Origin: an uncultured delta proteobacterium
GTDB lineage: Bacteria > Myxococcota_A > Polyangia > Polyangiales > Polyangiaceae
DNA: 64,000 nucleotides
NCBI GenBank assembly: GCA_963716725.1
Contig: CAVQUB010000012.1
Coordinates: forward strand, 128,001-192,000
Direction of reading: 5' to 3'
The notes under the pieces: generated by a model
Told to the model about the DNA's origin: nothing
Database searches by the model: none
The model's input: the letters and a program-made list of their open reading frames with translations, nothing else
Made by a program: the position numbers and the translations under genes
Shown here: positions 1-9,204 of the stretch, piece after piece
Numbering within the stretch: the first letter of the stretch is position 1
Layout: every line of letters begins with the position of its first letter

Positions 1-639
1 GTGATCACCAGCGATCGAGGCCTCTGCGGCGCGTTCAACACCAACATCTTGCGGGTCGCCGAGCGCCAGTGGCGTGAACGCGAGGCGCAAGGCCAGAAGG
101 TGCAGATCGCGGTGATCGGCCGGAAGGGGCGCGATTTCTTCAAGCGCCGCAGCGCGCCGATGATGCACGTTTTCTCCGGCGTCTGGGACCGACTCGATCT
201 CGACCAGGCGCGCTCGGTGGCCAAGGTCGTGCTCAAGCCATTCTTGGCGGGCGAGGTGGACGCGATCCTCGTCGTGTACAACGAGTTCAAGAGCGCCATG
301 ACCCAGCGCGTCGTGGCCGAGCCGCTCTTCCCACTGCCCGTGGCGGCGGTGGAGGAGGCCGCCGAGCCGATCTACGAGCGGGAATTCATCTTCGAGCCCA
401 ACAAAGAAGCGCTGCTCGAGCGGCTGGTCCCCATGTACGTCGAGATCAGCGTGCTGCGCGCCTTGCTCGAGAGCATGGCCAGCGAGCTGGGCGCACGCAT
501 GACCGCGATGGACTCGGCTACCAAGAACGCCTCGGAGATGATCGACCGACTGACCCTGAGCTACAACCGCGCCCGCCAGGCGGCCATCACCACCGAGCTC
601 ATGGAAATCATCGGCGGTGCCGAAGCTCTGAAGGGCTGA
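1..639 (+). CDS. atpG: ATP synthase F1 gamma subunit (5'-truncated by window edge)
   Basis: ITSDRGLCGAFN and ARMTAMDSATKNA...YNRARQAAITTELMEIIGGAEAL motifs. Confidence 0.97.
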   Translation: MITSDRGLCGAFNTNILRVAERQWREREAQGQKVQIAVIGRKGRDFFKRRSAPMMHVFSGVWDRLDLDQARSVAKVVLKPFLAGEVDAILVVYNEFKSAMTQRVVAEPLFPLPVAAVEEAAEPIYEREFIFEPNKEALLERLVPMYVEISVLRALLESMASELGARMTAMDSATKNASEMIDRLTLSYNRARQAAITTELMEIIGGAEALKG

Positions 640-775
640 GCCGACCGGCCTATTTGCCCCGGCTGCCGCCGGGTTCTGTCGAAAAACTGGCGGCGCTCGC
701 CCCAGAGTGGGAGATACCGTGGCTCTAGCCGCGGTTGAACCATGCGGCCCCGGCCGGAATCAGAGGAGCGAGAAG

Positions 776-2608
776 ATGTGCGGCATCGTCGGCTACGTCG
801 GACCCAAACAGGCCGCCCCTATCCTGCTCGAGGGGCTGCGACGACTCGAATACCGGGGCTACGACTCGGCCGGCTTGGCCGTGCACGATGGCAACGAAAT
901 CGAGGTGATCCGCGCGGCGGGCAAGCTCGACAATCTCGCCAAGGCCCTCCAGCAGCGGTCGCTGGTCGGGAGCACTGGGCTCGGCCACACCCGCTGGGCG
1001 ACCCACGGGCGACCCAGTGAGCAGAACGCCCACCCCCACGCCGCGGGCGACGTCGCCGTGGTGCACAACGGGATCATCGAGAACTTCCTCGAGCTGAAGC
1101 ACGAGCTTCAGGCGAGCGGCGTCTGCTTCACCAGCGATACCGACACCGAGATCGTGGCACACTTGATTCACCGAGCCCTCGATGCTGGCGCAGCGAGTGT
1201 GTTCGAGGCTCTGCGTCAGACGCTGAGCCAGATCCGCGGCGCGTACGCCCTCGCCGTCGTCAGTCGGCGCGAGCCCGATCGGCTCGTGATTGCCAAGAAT
1301 GCGTCTCCGCTGGTGGTGGGCATCGGCGACGGCGAGACGCTCTGCGGCAGCGACATCCCAGCACTCCTGGGCAGCACTCGCGACATGTTGTTCCTCGAAG
1401 ACGGCGAGATGGCCGAGCTGACGGCGGGTGGGGTGCGTCTCGAGACGCTGGACGGCAGAGCCGTCGAACGAGCGCCCAAGCGCATCGACTGGAGCCCGGT
1501 GCAGGCCGAGAAGGGCGGCTACAAGCACTTCATGCTCAAGGAGATCTTCGAGCAGCCCCGGGCCGTCGAAGACACCCTGCGCGGTCGCGTCAACCTGGAC
1601 GAAGGCGACGTCGTCGAGGCAGAGCTCGGCATCGACGCCGACGCGGCACGCAACATCCAACGCGTGGTGCTGGTGGCTTGCGGGACGAGCCACCATGCCG
1701 CGCTGGTCGGGCGCTACTGGATCGAACAGCTGGCCCGCGTCCCGGCGCACACCGAGCTTGCCAGCGAGGTGCGCTACCGCGACCCGGTCTTTGGACCGAA
1801 AGACCTGGTCGTCGCCGTGAGTCAGTCGGGGGAGACGGCCGACACCCTCGCAGCCGTCAAAGCGGCTCGCGAAGGCGGCGCGCGCGTGCTCGCCATCGTC
1901 AACGTGCTCGACAGCGCCATCCCCCGCGCCAGTCAGGGCGCGCTCTACACCCACGCCGGGCCCGAGATCGGCGTGGCTTCCACCAAGTGCTTCACCACCC
2001 AGCTCGTAGCCCTCTTGCTGTTGGCTGTTCAGTTGGGGCGGCGTCGCGGCGCGCTCGATGCCGAGCGCGGGCGCGAGATCCTGCAGGCGCTCATGGAGTT
2101 GCCCAACGAGATGCGCTGGACGTTGGCACGCAAGGCCGACATCCACCAGGTGGCTCGCCACTGGCACAACGCCCCCCACATGCTCTTCCTCGGTCGAGGG
2201 CTCGGTTACCCCATCGCGCTCGAGGGTGCGCTGAAGCTGAAAGAGATCAGCTACTCCCACGCCGAAGGCTATGCCGCGGGCGAGATGAAACACGGCCCCA
2301 TCGCCCTGATCGATGAGCACATGCCCGTGGTCGTCGTCATGCCTCGCGATCGTCAGTACGAAAAGACGCTCTCGAATCTGCAAGAGGTTCGGGCGCGTGA
2401 CGGACAGGTCATCGCCGTCGTGACCGAGGGTGATACGGAGGCGAAGAAGCTCGCGCAGTGGGTGCTCGAGGTGCCCAAGATGCCGGAGCTCATTCAGCCG
2501 ATTGTGGCGGTGATCCCGCTGCAGTTGCTCGCGTACTACATCGCGGATCTCAAGGGCACCGACGTGGATCAGCCACGCAACCTCGCCAAGACCGTCACCG
2601 TCGAGTGA
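776..2608 (+). CDS. glmS: Glutamine--fructose-6-phosphate aminotransferase
   Basis: MCGIVG start at 776 (Ntn Cys), GHTRWATHG, C-terminal PRNLAKTVTVE. Confidence 0.98.
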   Translation: MCGIVGYVGPKQAAPILLEGLRRLEYRGYDSAGLAVHDGNEIEVIRAAGKLDNLAKALQQRSLVGSTGLGHTRWATHGRPSEQNAHPHAAGDVAVVHNGIIENFLELKHELQASGVCFTSDTDTEIVAHLIHRALDAGAASVFEALRQTLSQIRGAYALAVVSRREPDRLVIAKNASPLVVGIGDGETLCGSDIPALLGSTRDMLFLEDGEMAELTAGGVRLETLDGRAVERAPKRIDWSPVQAEKGGYKHFMLKEIFEQPRAVEDTLRGRVNLDEGDVVEAELGIDADAARNIQRVVLVACGTSHHAALVGRYWIEQLARVPAHTELASEVRYRDPVFGPKDLVVAVSQSGETADTLAAVKAAREGGARVLAIVNVLDSAIPRASQGALYTHAGPEIGVASTKCFTTQLVALLLLAVQLGRRRGALDAERGREILQALMELPNEMRWTLARKADIHQVARHWHNAPHMLFLGRGLGYPIALEGALKLKEISYSHAEGYAAGEMKHGPIALIDEHMPVVVVMPRDRQYEKTLSNLQEVRARDGQVIAVVTEGDTEAKKLAQWVLEVPKMPELIQPIVAVIPLQLLAYYIADLKGTDVDQPRNLAKTVTVE

Positions 2609-2617
2609 GCGCTTCGC

Positions 2618-4249
2618 TCATTTGAACTCGTGCTCCTTCACGAGCAGCCCGGCGCCACCCGCGCCCGCTCCGGCCGTCTGACCTGTTCCGTCCGCTCCGC
2701 CCTGCGCGGCCACGCTCGATACCTGAATGCCGCCGCCGGAGAGCGTGGGCTTCGAGCCGTTGAACGCGATTCCGATGCTCGGGCCGCCCGCGCCGCCTCC
2801 GCCATGACCGCCGGCGCCGCCCTTCGCGCCGGCGCCGCCTGCGCAAGCGCCGGTCCCACCCGCTGCGCCTGCTGCGGCGCTGCCGCCGGCTTGGCCCGCT
2901 CCGCCGGCGCCGCCCTTGCCACCGCTCTGGGCGATGAAGGTCGAGTCGGTGATGCTGACCTCCGAGGCGTGGGACGTGAGCGCGATGCTGGCGCCTCCGC
3001 CCTTGCCGCCTTCGCCGCCAAGTCCTCCGCACCCGCCGCTGCCGCCGCCGCCGCCGGATGCACCGATGGCCGGATTCGGTCCGGTAGGACCGCAGGACGA
3101 CGGCGCCTTGGCCGCGCCGCCGCCTCCGCCACCCTGGCCGTTGTTCCCGTTCAGCCCGAAGCCGCCGGCGCTCGCGGACCATCCGCTCGAGAAGAGAATG
3201 CCCGCGCTCGAGCTGCCCGCGCCGTTGTCGCCGCTCGCGCCCGCCGTTCCGTTCTGGCCTTTGCCGATGGACGCGCAGCTCCAGCCTCCGACAATCGTGT
3301 CGTCCTGTCCGTCCCCGCCCAACCCGCCCGTGACCTTTGGCGCACCGTCGGTTCCGGAGCCGCCCACGCCGGCAGCGACCCCGGCCACGCCACCAAAGCC
3401 ACCCTTGCTCTCCGGAAAACCACAGCCGGTGACGACCTCGGCCCCACCGAGCGCGTCCTTGCCGCAAGCGTTCTTCCCTGGGTTGCCGTTCTTGCCCGGA
3501 TCCGCGACGCCGGGTGTGCTGTAGCCGGCGAGCCCGGCGGCTCCCGCACCGGCCGTCACCGTGAGCCGCGCGAGCTTCACGTTCTTGGAGCCGCCGACCA
3601 CCACGCCCATGCTCGCCGCGCCGGGCGACGTCGCGGCGCCGGCGGAGATCTCGAAGTCCTCGATGCGCGTGCCGAGCACCAGATCCTGCATCTCCACCAC
3701 TCCGCTCGACGGGCCCGTCAGCTTCGTGCGTGAGCCGCTGCTATAGTCCCAGGTGCCGCAGTCGAAGCCTCCGTAGAACTCGACTCCGTCGGAGAAGGCA
3801 TCGAGGGAGATCTGTGTGTCGAAGGCACCCGCGGTCGCGCAAGCGTAGATGCGCTTGTCGTCGAGGGCGGCGGCGCTGATGGCTTGGTCGAATGTCTTGT
3901 ACGGCTTGGCGCGAGTGCCATCGCCGTAGAGATCGTCACCACCTGGTGAGACGAAGACGGCGAAGCTCTCGTGGATCACACAGGGAGCCTCGGACGGAGT
4001 CTTCGTGCCATCGCATCCGGGCCCCCCGCCGCCGAAATTGCTCACCCCCCCACTGCCCGAGGCATTGCCGCTGCCGCCATTGCCGCTGCCGCCGTTGCCA
4101 CTGCCTCCCCCGGCGCCCGAGGCGTTGCCGCTGCCGCCGACGTTTGGATTGTTGGGCGAGTAACCACCGTCACGTTTCGAGCCGCAGGACAGTGACAGCG
4201 CACCGCCGGTGACGAAGATCCCGAGGGCGATCCGAGCTCCGAAGCGCAT
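2618..4249 (-). CDS. Gly-rich (PGRS-like) secreted lipoprotein
   Basis: Signal with lipobox-like LSLSC; FVSPGGDD..GDGTRAKPYKT motif; long GGxGG tracts. Confidence 0.75.
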   Translation of the reverse strand: MRFGARIALGIFVTGGALSLSCGSKRDGGYSPNNPNVGGSGNASGAGGGSGNGGSGNGGSGNASGSGGVSNFGGGGPGCDGTKTPSEAPCVIHESFAVFVSPGGDDLYGDGTRAKPYKTFDQAISAAALDDKRIYACATAGAFDTQISLDAFSDGVEFYGGFDCGTWDYSSGSRTKLTGPSSGVVEMQDLVLGTRIEDFEISAGAATSPGAASMGVVVGGSKNVKLARLTVTAGAGAAGLAGYSTPGVADPGKNGNPGKNACGKDALGGAEVVTGCGFPESKGGFGGVAGVAAGVGGSGTDGAPKVTGGLGGDGQDDTIVGGWSCASIGKGQNGTAGASGDNGAGSSSAGILFSSGWSASAGGFGLNGNNGQGGGGGGAAKAPSSCGPTGPNPAIGASGGGGGSGGCGGLGGEGGKGGGASIALTSHASEVSITDSTFIAQSGGKGGAGGAGQAGGSAAAGAAGGTGACAGGAGAKGGAGGHGGGGAGGPSIGIAFNGSKPTLSGGGIQVSSVAAQGGADGTGQTAGAGAGGAGLLVKEHEFK

Positions 4250-4269
4250 GCTCCCAGTATACTGCCGTC

Positions 4270-5028
4270 GTGCAGCTCTCGCTCGTCGTACTGCTCGCCA
4301 TCGTGGCTTTGGCGCTCTTCGCGGGCGTGCTCGTGGTGAGCCAAGTCGCTGGAACGGCGCTGCGCCGCGCGCTGGCCATGACCCGTTGGACGCTGCGATC
4401 TGCCCGACCCATCGGGGAGTTGACCTCGGGGCCGCGACGAGTTCAGGGTTTCGTCGGGCTCGCCGCCGAGCAGGGTGAGCGCGCGGCGCTGCTCACGAGC
4501 CCTATCAGCGGGCGCCCATGCTTGGCCTACGAACTCGAGCTCTCCGCGGACGGGCGCCGTTGCTACACCGAGAGGCAGACGCTTCCTTGCGTGTTGCGGG
4601 ATGGGTCCGGCGAATTGGAGCTGCCGATGTCCACCGCCGAGCTCGTGATCGAGCGGGTCGAGACCTGGCGGGGGGTGCTCGAGTCTGCCCCACCCCCGGG
4701 TCTCTCTCCAGAATTCTGTCAGAAGCTCGTGGCCGCCAAGAACGCATTCGTCGAACGCGAGCGCCTCGCTGCCAACGTGCGCATCGACCTGACGGTCAAG
4801 AGCATCGGGATTGGCGACGTGCTGCACGTCACCGGCGAGGTGATCCAAGGTGGTCAGAGCGTCACCCTCATATCCGGCCGGCCGGTGTGCGTGTCGGACC
4901 GACCTTTCTCCGAAGTCGCGAAGAGCGAGGGGCTGTTTGCCGTCGGAGGGGTGGCCTTCGCGCTGTTCATCGTGGGCGTGGTAGTGGCCGTGGCCACTGC
5001 CATCCTCGGTCGTACGCGAACACCTTGA
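4270..5028 (+). CDS. Membrane protein with GIDE-like domain
   Basis: N- and C-terminal TM helices; SPISGRPCLAY...VLRDGSG motif resembles bacterial GIDE-domain proteins. Confidence 0.55.
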   Translation: MQLSLVVLLAIVALALFAGVLVVSQVAGTALRRALAMTRWTLRSARPIGELTSGPRRVQGFVGLAAEQGERAALLTSPISGRPCLAYELELSADGRRCYTERQTLPCVLRDGSGELELPMSTAELVIERVETWRGVLESAPPPGLSPEFCQKLVAAKNAFVERERLAANVRIDLTVKSIGIGDVLHVTGEVIQGGQSVTLISGRPVCVSDRPFSEVAKSEGLFAVGGVAFALFIVGVVVAVATAILGRTRTP

Positions 5029-5062
5029 CGAGGACGGCGGCGTTCGCAATTCTTCCGGGTCC

Positions 5063-5830
5063 ATGCCGAGTCGACTTCACCTCGCATCAATGGCTTTGGC
5101 GCTGATCGCGGCCTGCGGAGGGCAGAAACGTGGGCCTGTGTCCAACACGCCACCAGTCGACACGAAGGCGTCGGAGCCCGGCAGTCCCCAGGAGAAGCCC
5201 GCGGCGACGGACGAGAAGTCCGAGGACGAAGGCGGTCCCGTCGAACTACCGACGGCTTGCGCCAAACCGGGCGAGAAGCTCTGCCTGCCGCCGCCCCAAT
5301 TCGTGAAGCGCCTCTGTCAGGGCAACTTCCCCGGCGTCGCGCTGGCGCTGTTCAAGAAAGAGGCGCCGTGGACCCGCGGCTTTCTAACCCGCAAGACCAA
5401 GGCTTGGAACGCTTCGGGCGGAGCGGCTTCCAGTGACGAGCTCGAGTTCGACGAAGAAGTCCTGGTGCTCCGGCACCGAGGCGAGGACATGGGCGGCATA
5501 CAGGTGAGCGGCGCCGGTGGCAGCTACGACGCCCTGCGCTGGAACGGCTCCTGCGTCACGCTGGCCAAAGAAGAGCTCACGCTCAAAAATCCACCCAAGG
5601 CCAAGAACGCGCGGGTCGAGTGGAGACTGATCGACGACGCCATGCGCGAGGTGATGCGCAACGATGCGGAGCTCGACAAGGCCTACAAGGATCGACAGAA
5701 AGAGTGCAAGGGCGCCACGATGGGCACCGTGAGCGACAAATGCGTGAAGCTCGACAACGCCCTGTCCGACGCCATCGTGAGTCACATCCGAGGCGGGGGG
5801 GACGTCGGCAAGCCCGGGCGTATGCCCTGA
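5063..5830 (+). CDS. Hypothetical Cys-containing lipoprotein
   Basis: Lipobox IAAC, low-complexity linker, globular domain with 6 Cys. Confidence 0.75.
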   Translation: MPSRLHLASMALALIAACGGQKRGPVSNTPPVDTKASEPGSPQEKPAATDEKSEDEGGPVELPTACAKPGEKLCLPPPQFVKRLCQGNFPGVALALFKKEAPWTRGFLTRKTKAWNASGGAASSDELEFDEEVLVLRHRGEDMGGIQVSGAGGSYDALRWNGSCVTLAKEELTLKNPPKAKNARVEWRLIDDAMREVMRNDAELDKAYKDRQKECKGATMGTVSDKCVKLDNALSDAIVSHIRGGGDVGKPGRMP

Positions 5831-5867
5831 GCCTTTGCCGGGCCGAGGGGCGGCGCTAGCATGCGCC

Positions 5868-7709
5868 ATGGGCCAAACGCGAATGGCGATCCGTTTCTGC
5901 GTGGGCGTGTTTGTCTCCGTCGGCCTCTCGCTCGGCCTGTCGGCGAGTTGCTCCGCGGGCGGCGGGAGCGGTGGAGGTCCCGCGAGCGGCGGCGCCGGCG
6001 GAAGCGGTGGATCTGACGCCAGCCTCGATCAGTCGGGCAGCGGCGGCACGGGCGGTGGCACGGGCGACGGCGGGCTCCAGATCGACGCTCCGGTCGGCGA
6101 CGGCTGTGCGGCGGCGTGCTCGAGTGACTTCCACCAGGTGCTGAGCTGCTCGGGCGCGCCGATCCAAACCTGCAGCGGCGAGAGCGGCTGCGATCCAACC
6201 AGCGGCACGTGTGAGAACGCCTGCAGCGTCGCCGTGAAGACCAAGCAGAGCGTGGGCTGCGAGTACTACCCGACCTTCATGGAGATGAACGACTCGAGCT
6301 TCTGGAAGGGCAACCAGATCTGTTTCGCGGTGATTGTGGCCAACACCTGGGACACACCGGCAAAGGTCAGCGTCGAACTGAACGGCGTGACCATCGACAT
6401 CGACAAATTCGCCTACCTGCCTCAGGGATCGGGACCGTCGCTCCAACTTCAACCCACCAGCGTCGCTCAGGGCATCGCGCCCGGGGGCGTCGCGATCCTG
6501 TTCTTGGCCGGCGCTCAAGGCAGCGAGAAGGCGCACTGCCCGGTGCCCTCGGCAATGACCGTCGGCCCCATGGTCCAGGGCACGGGCAAGAGCCACTCGT
6601 TCCACCTGAAGACCAACGTGCCCGTCGTCGCATACCAGATCAGCCCCTACGGTGGCGGCAACGCGGCGGTCACCGGCGCGTCGCTCTTGATCCCGACCAG
6701 CGCTTGGGATGTGAACTACATTGCCGTCAACGCTTACAAATACGGCATCGCGCCCCCGTCGATGAACATCATCGCGGTGGAGAACGGCACTGACGTGACC
6801 CTCGTCCCGGTGGCAGCCGTCTCGGGCGGCGGTGGGCTGCCGAGCGGATCGGCCAACGTTCCCCTGAGTTTCAGCCTGAACGCCGGCGAAATGGCCCAGT
6901 TCTCCCAGAACGCCGAGCTCACGGGCAGCGTCATCTCGTCGACCAAGCCCATTGGGCTGATGGCGGGACAAATGTCGATGAACGTGCCCGTCGGCGTCGC
7001 GTACGCTGACCACGCCGAGCAGATGATCCCGCCCGTGCGAGCCATGGGCAGCGAGTACGTTGGCGTCATGCACCGACCCCGCAAGACCGAGCCCGCTGTG
7101 TGGCGGCTGGTCGGAGCCGTGGACGGAACGACGCTCAGCTGGACGGGCGCTGTCACCGGGCCCGCGAGCCTCGCTCGGGGTCAGGTCGTCGAGCTCCAGA
7201 CCGGAACGCCGTTTCAGGTCAAGAGCCAAGACGATCAGCATCCGTTCATGCTCTTCCAGCTGATGACCGGCTCGACCTTCGTCAGCGAGATGAGCGGCTA
7301 CGGGGACGCAGACTTCGTGCTGATGGTGCCGCCGCAGCAGTACATGACGCGCTACGTGTTCTTCGCAGATCCGACCTACCCGGAGACCAACCTGGTGATC
7401 GTTCGCGCCAAGGTGAACGGTGCCTTCGCCGACGTGAACCTCGACTGCGCCGGAAAGGTCGGCGGCTGGCAGCCCATCGGCGACCACGAGTGGACGCGCG
7501 TGGATTTGATGACTGGCAACTTTCAGCCCGTGGGCAACTGCTCCACCGGGCGCCATGAAATGTGGAGTGACGCTCCCTTCGGCGTCACTGTCTGGGGTTG
7601 GGGCACGCCCGAGACGACGACCTTCACCAGCAACGTCTCTTACGGATATCCCGCGGGCATGAACATCGTGCCGATCAACAAAGTCGTGGTGCCCCCCATC
7701 CCCAAATGA
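5868..7709 (+). CDS. IgGFc-binding-domain lipoprotein
   Basis: SVGCEYY, ASLLIPTSAW, DHAEQMIPP, SYGYPAG motifs; start may be 5883. Confidence 0.85.
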   Translation: MGQTRMAIRFCVGVFVSVGLSLGLSASCSAGGGSGGGPASGGAGGSGGSDASLDQSGSGGTGGGTGDGGLQIDAPVGDGCAAACSSDFHQVLSCSGAPIQTCSGESGCDPTSGTCENACSVAVKTKQSVGCEYYPTFMEMNDSSFWKGNQICFAVIVANTWDTPAKVSVELNGVTIDIDKFAYLPQGSGPSLQLQPTSVAQGIAPGGVAILFLAGAQGSEKAHCPVPSAMTVGPMVQGTGKSHSFHLKTNVPVVAYQISPYGGGNAAVTGASLLIPTSAWDVNYIAVNAYKYGIAPPSMNIIAVENGTDVTLVPVAAVSGGGGLPSGSANVPLSFSLNAGEMAQFSQNAELTGSVISSTKPIGLMAGQMSMNVPVGVAYADHAEQMIPPVRAMGSEYVGVMHRPRKTEPAVWRLVGAVDGTTLSWTGAVTGPASLARGQVVELQTGTPFQVKSQDDQHPFMLFQLMTGSTFVSEMSGYGDADFVLMVPPQQYMTRYVFFADPTYPETNLVIVRAKVNGAFADVNLDCAGKVGGWQPIGDHEWTRVDLMTGNFQPVGNCSTGRHEMWSDAPFGVTVWGWGTPETTTFTSNVSYGYPAGMNIVPINKVVVPPIPK

Positions 7710-7752
7710 ACTGCGAGCGATCTCGTCGGGCACCTCGCGCGACTCACCCGTC

Positions 7753-8052
7753 ATGCGTGCCTTCGCGGTCTTCTCCCTGTTTTGCTGGTTGCTCGGCGCC
7801 TGTGGTGGCCAAGTCGAGCGCGATCCCGGGACCGGGGGCGGCTCGTTTCCGTCTTCGCCGCTCGGCCAGTGTCGAGCCGGCAGCCCGTGGGATCCGAACG
7901 TGGACCAGCCTTGCCCGTGGGTCGCCGACGGCCTCTGCTACGCCGACAAAGCGGCGGCCTGCGCCTGTGCCTGCCCGAGCGATCACGACAGCTGGTGCGC
8001 GAGCGATTTGTCGGAACCCGGCGGCGCCCCCGTGAATGTGACCTGCGAGTAG
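7753..8052 (+). CDS. Small Cys-rich lipoprotein
   Basis: Lipobox LGAC; CY..K.AACACAC motif; 99 aa. Confidence 0.65.
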   Translation: MRAFAVFSLFCWLLGACGGQVERDPGTGGGSFPSSPLGQCRAGSPWDPNVDQPCPWVADGLCYADKAAACACACPSDHDSWCASDLSEPGGAPVNVTCE

Positions 8053-8157
8053 GGCGGGGTGCCCGCGCCAACTCTGCGAAATCCTTCGCTCGGAGCTTGG
8101 ACGCGGGTGCCGCGAGCTTGCTCGCGAGGGTGACGTTGTGTCACTTTTCCGCCTGCC

Positions 8158-9198
8158 ATGTTCGGGAAGAATGGGACTCTCGAGACCCCGCGATTGGTGT
8201 CGGTCGAGACCACCAATCACTGCAACGCAAAGTGCGTGTTCTGTCCGAACAACGCCCTCGCGCGTGACAAGGGGCCCATGAGACAGGAGCTCTTCGAGAA
8301 GATCATCGAAGAGTGCCGCGAGTTTCCCTTGCCGGCCATCGAGCCCTTCTTGCAGGGCGACCCCTTCTCCGATCCCAAGATCATCGAGCGGCTCGAGCTG
8401 ATCCGCCGGCGCCTGCCCGCGACCAAGCTGCGCCTCTATACCAACGGCTACGGCATGGCGCCCAAGAAGATCGACGCCATGCTCGGCCTCGGCATCGATC
8501 ACCTCTACGTCAGCTTGAACACGCTCGACCCCGAGAAGTACCGGCAGGTCATGGGCATCCCGCTCCAGCGCACGCTAGAGAACATGGCCTACCTCACCGA
8601 GCCGTCGCGACGGGCGCGCATCGCCGACAAGATCACGTTTCGCATGACGCGGCTCGGGGACACCACGCTGAAGGAGCAGGACGACTTCATCGCCTACTGC
8701 AAGGAGCGCGGCGTCCAGTGCTTCATCGTGGGTCTCTTCAACTACAAGGGCGACATCAACAGCGGCCTGCCGGTGCCCAGCTATGGCTGCGAGCACGTCG
8801 CGCGCCTCGACATCTTGGCCAGCGGTCGCGTGACCTTGTGCTGCATGGACCAAGACGGCGATCACGGCTGGGCCGATCTCGAGCAGATGAGCGTGCTCGA
8901 GGCCTTCAACCACCCGATGGCCAAGAAGTACCGGGACTTCCACCGCACCGGTCGGCGTCGGGAGATCGACCCCTGTGGGACCTGCAACAACTTCTGGCCC
9001 GGGTTTTCCGGGCTATCGCCCATCGAGGCGGCGCGGACGGGCATCGAGTACTGCACGTACATGGCCCGCCACCGCCCCAACGGCCGCAAAGCGCCCCGGG
9101 GCGAAGGTGTCACTCGGGATGGCCTGGTCCAGCTCCAGAAGAAGCACAGCGCGGCCGCCGAGGCCGGCAGTTACCGCGACGCACAGAGCGGCGACTGA
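8158..9198 (+). CDS. Radical SAM protein with SPASM/twitch domain
   Basis: CNAKCVFC (CxxxCxxC); C-terminal C...G.VTLCCMD...PCGTC. Confidence 0.9.
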   Translation: MFGKNGTLETPRLVSVETTNHCNAKCVFCPNNALARDKGPMRQELFEKIIEECREFPLPAIEPFLQGDPFSDPKIIERLELIRRRLPATKLRLYTNGYGMAPKKIDAMLGLGIDHLYVSLNTLDPEKYRQVMGIPLQRTLENMAYLTEPSRRARIADKITFRMTRLGDTTLKEQDDFIAYCKERGVQCFIVGLFNYKGDINSGLPVPSYGCEHVARLDILASGRVTLCCMDQDGDHGWADLEQMSVLEAFNHPMAKKYRDFHRTGRRREIDPCGTCNNFWPGFSGLSPIEAARTGIEYCTYMARHRPNGRKAPRGEGVTRDGLVQLQKKHSAAAEAGSYRDAQSGD

Positions 9199-9204
9199 AG
9201 CGCT

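Noticed and set aside
640..775. glmS ribozyme upstream of glmS
   Set aside because: I cannot recognise the conserved ribozyme core, and the lineage is atypical; an Rfam search would be needed.
725..7754. Long antisense ORFs (e.g. 725-2383, 5856-7754, also 18766-20754 and 53599-55554)
   Set aside because: Shadow frames of high-GC genes, with no motifs and lying opposite well-supported CDSs.
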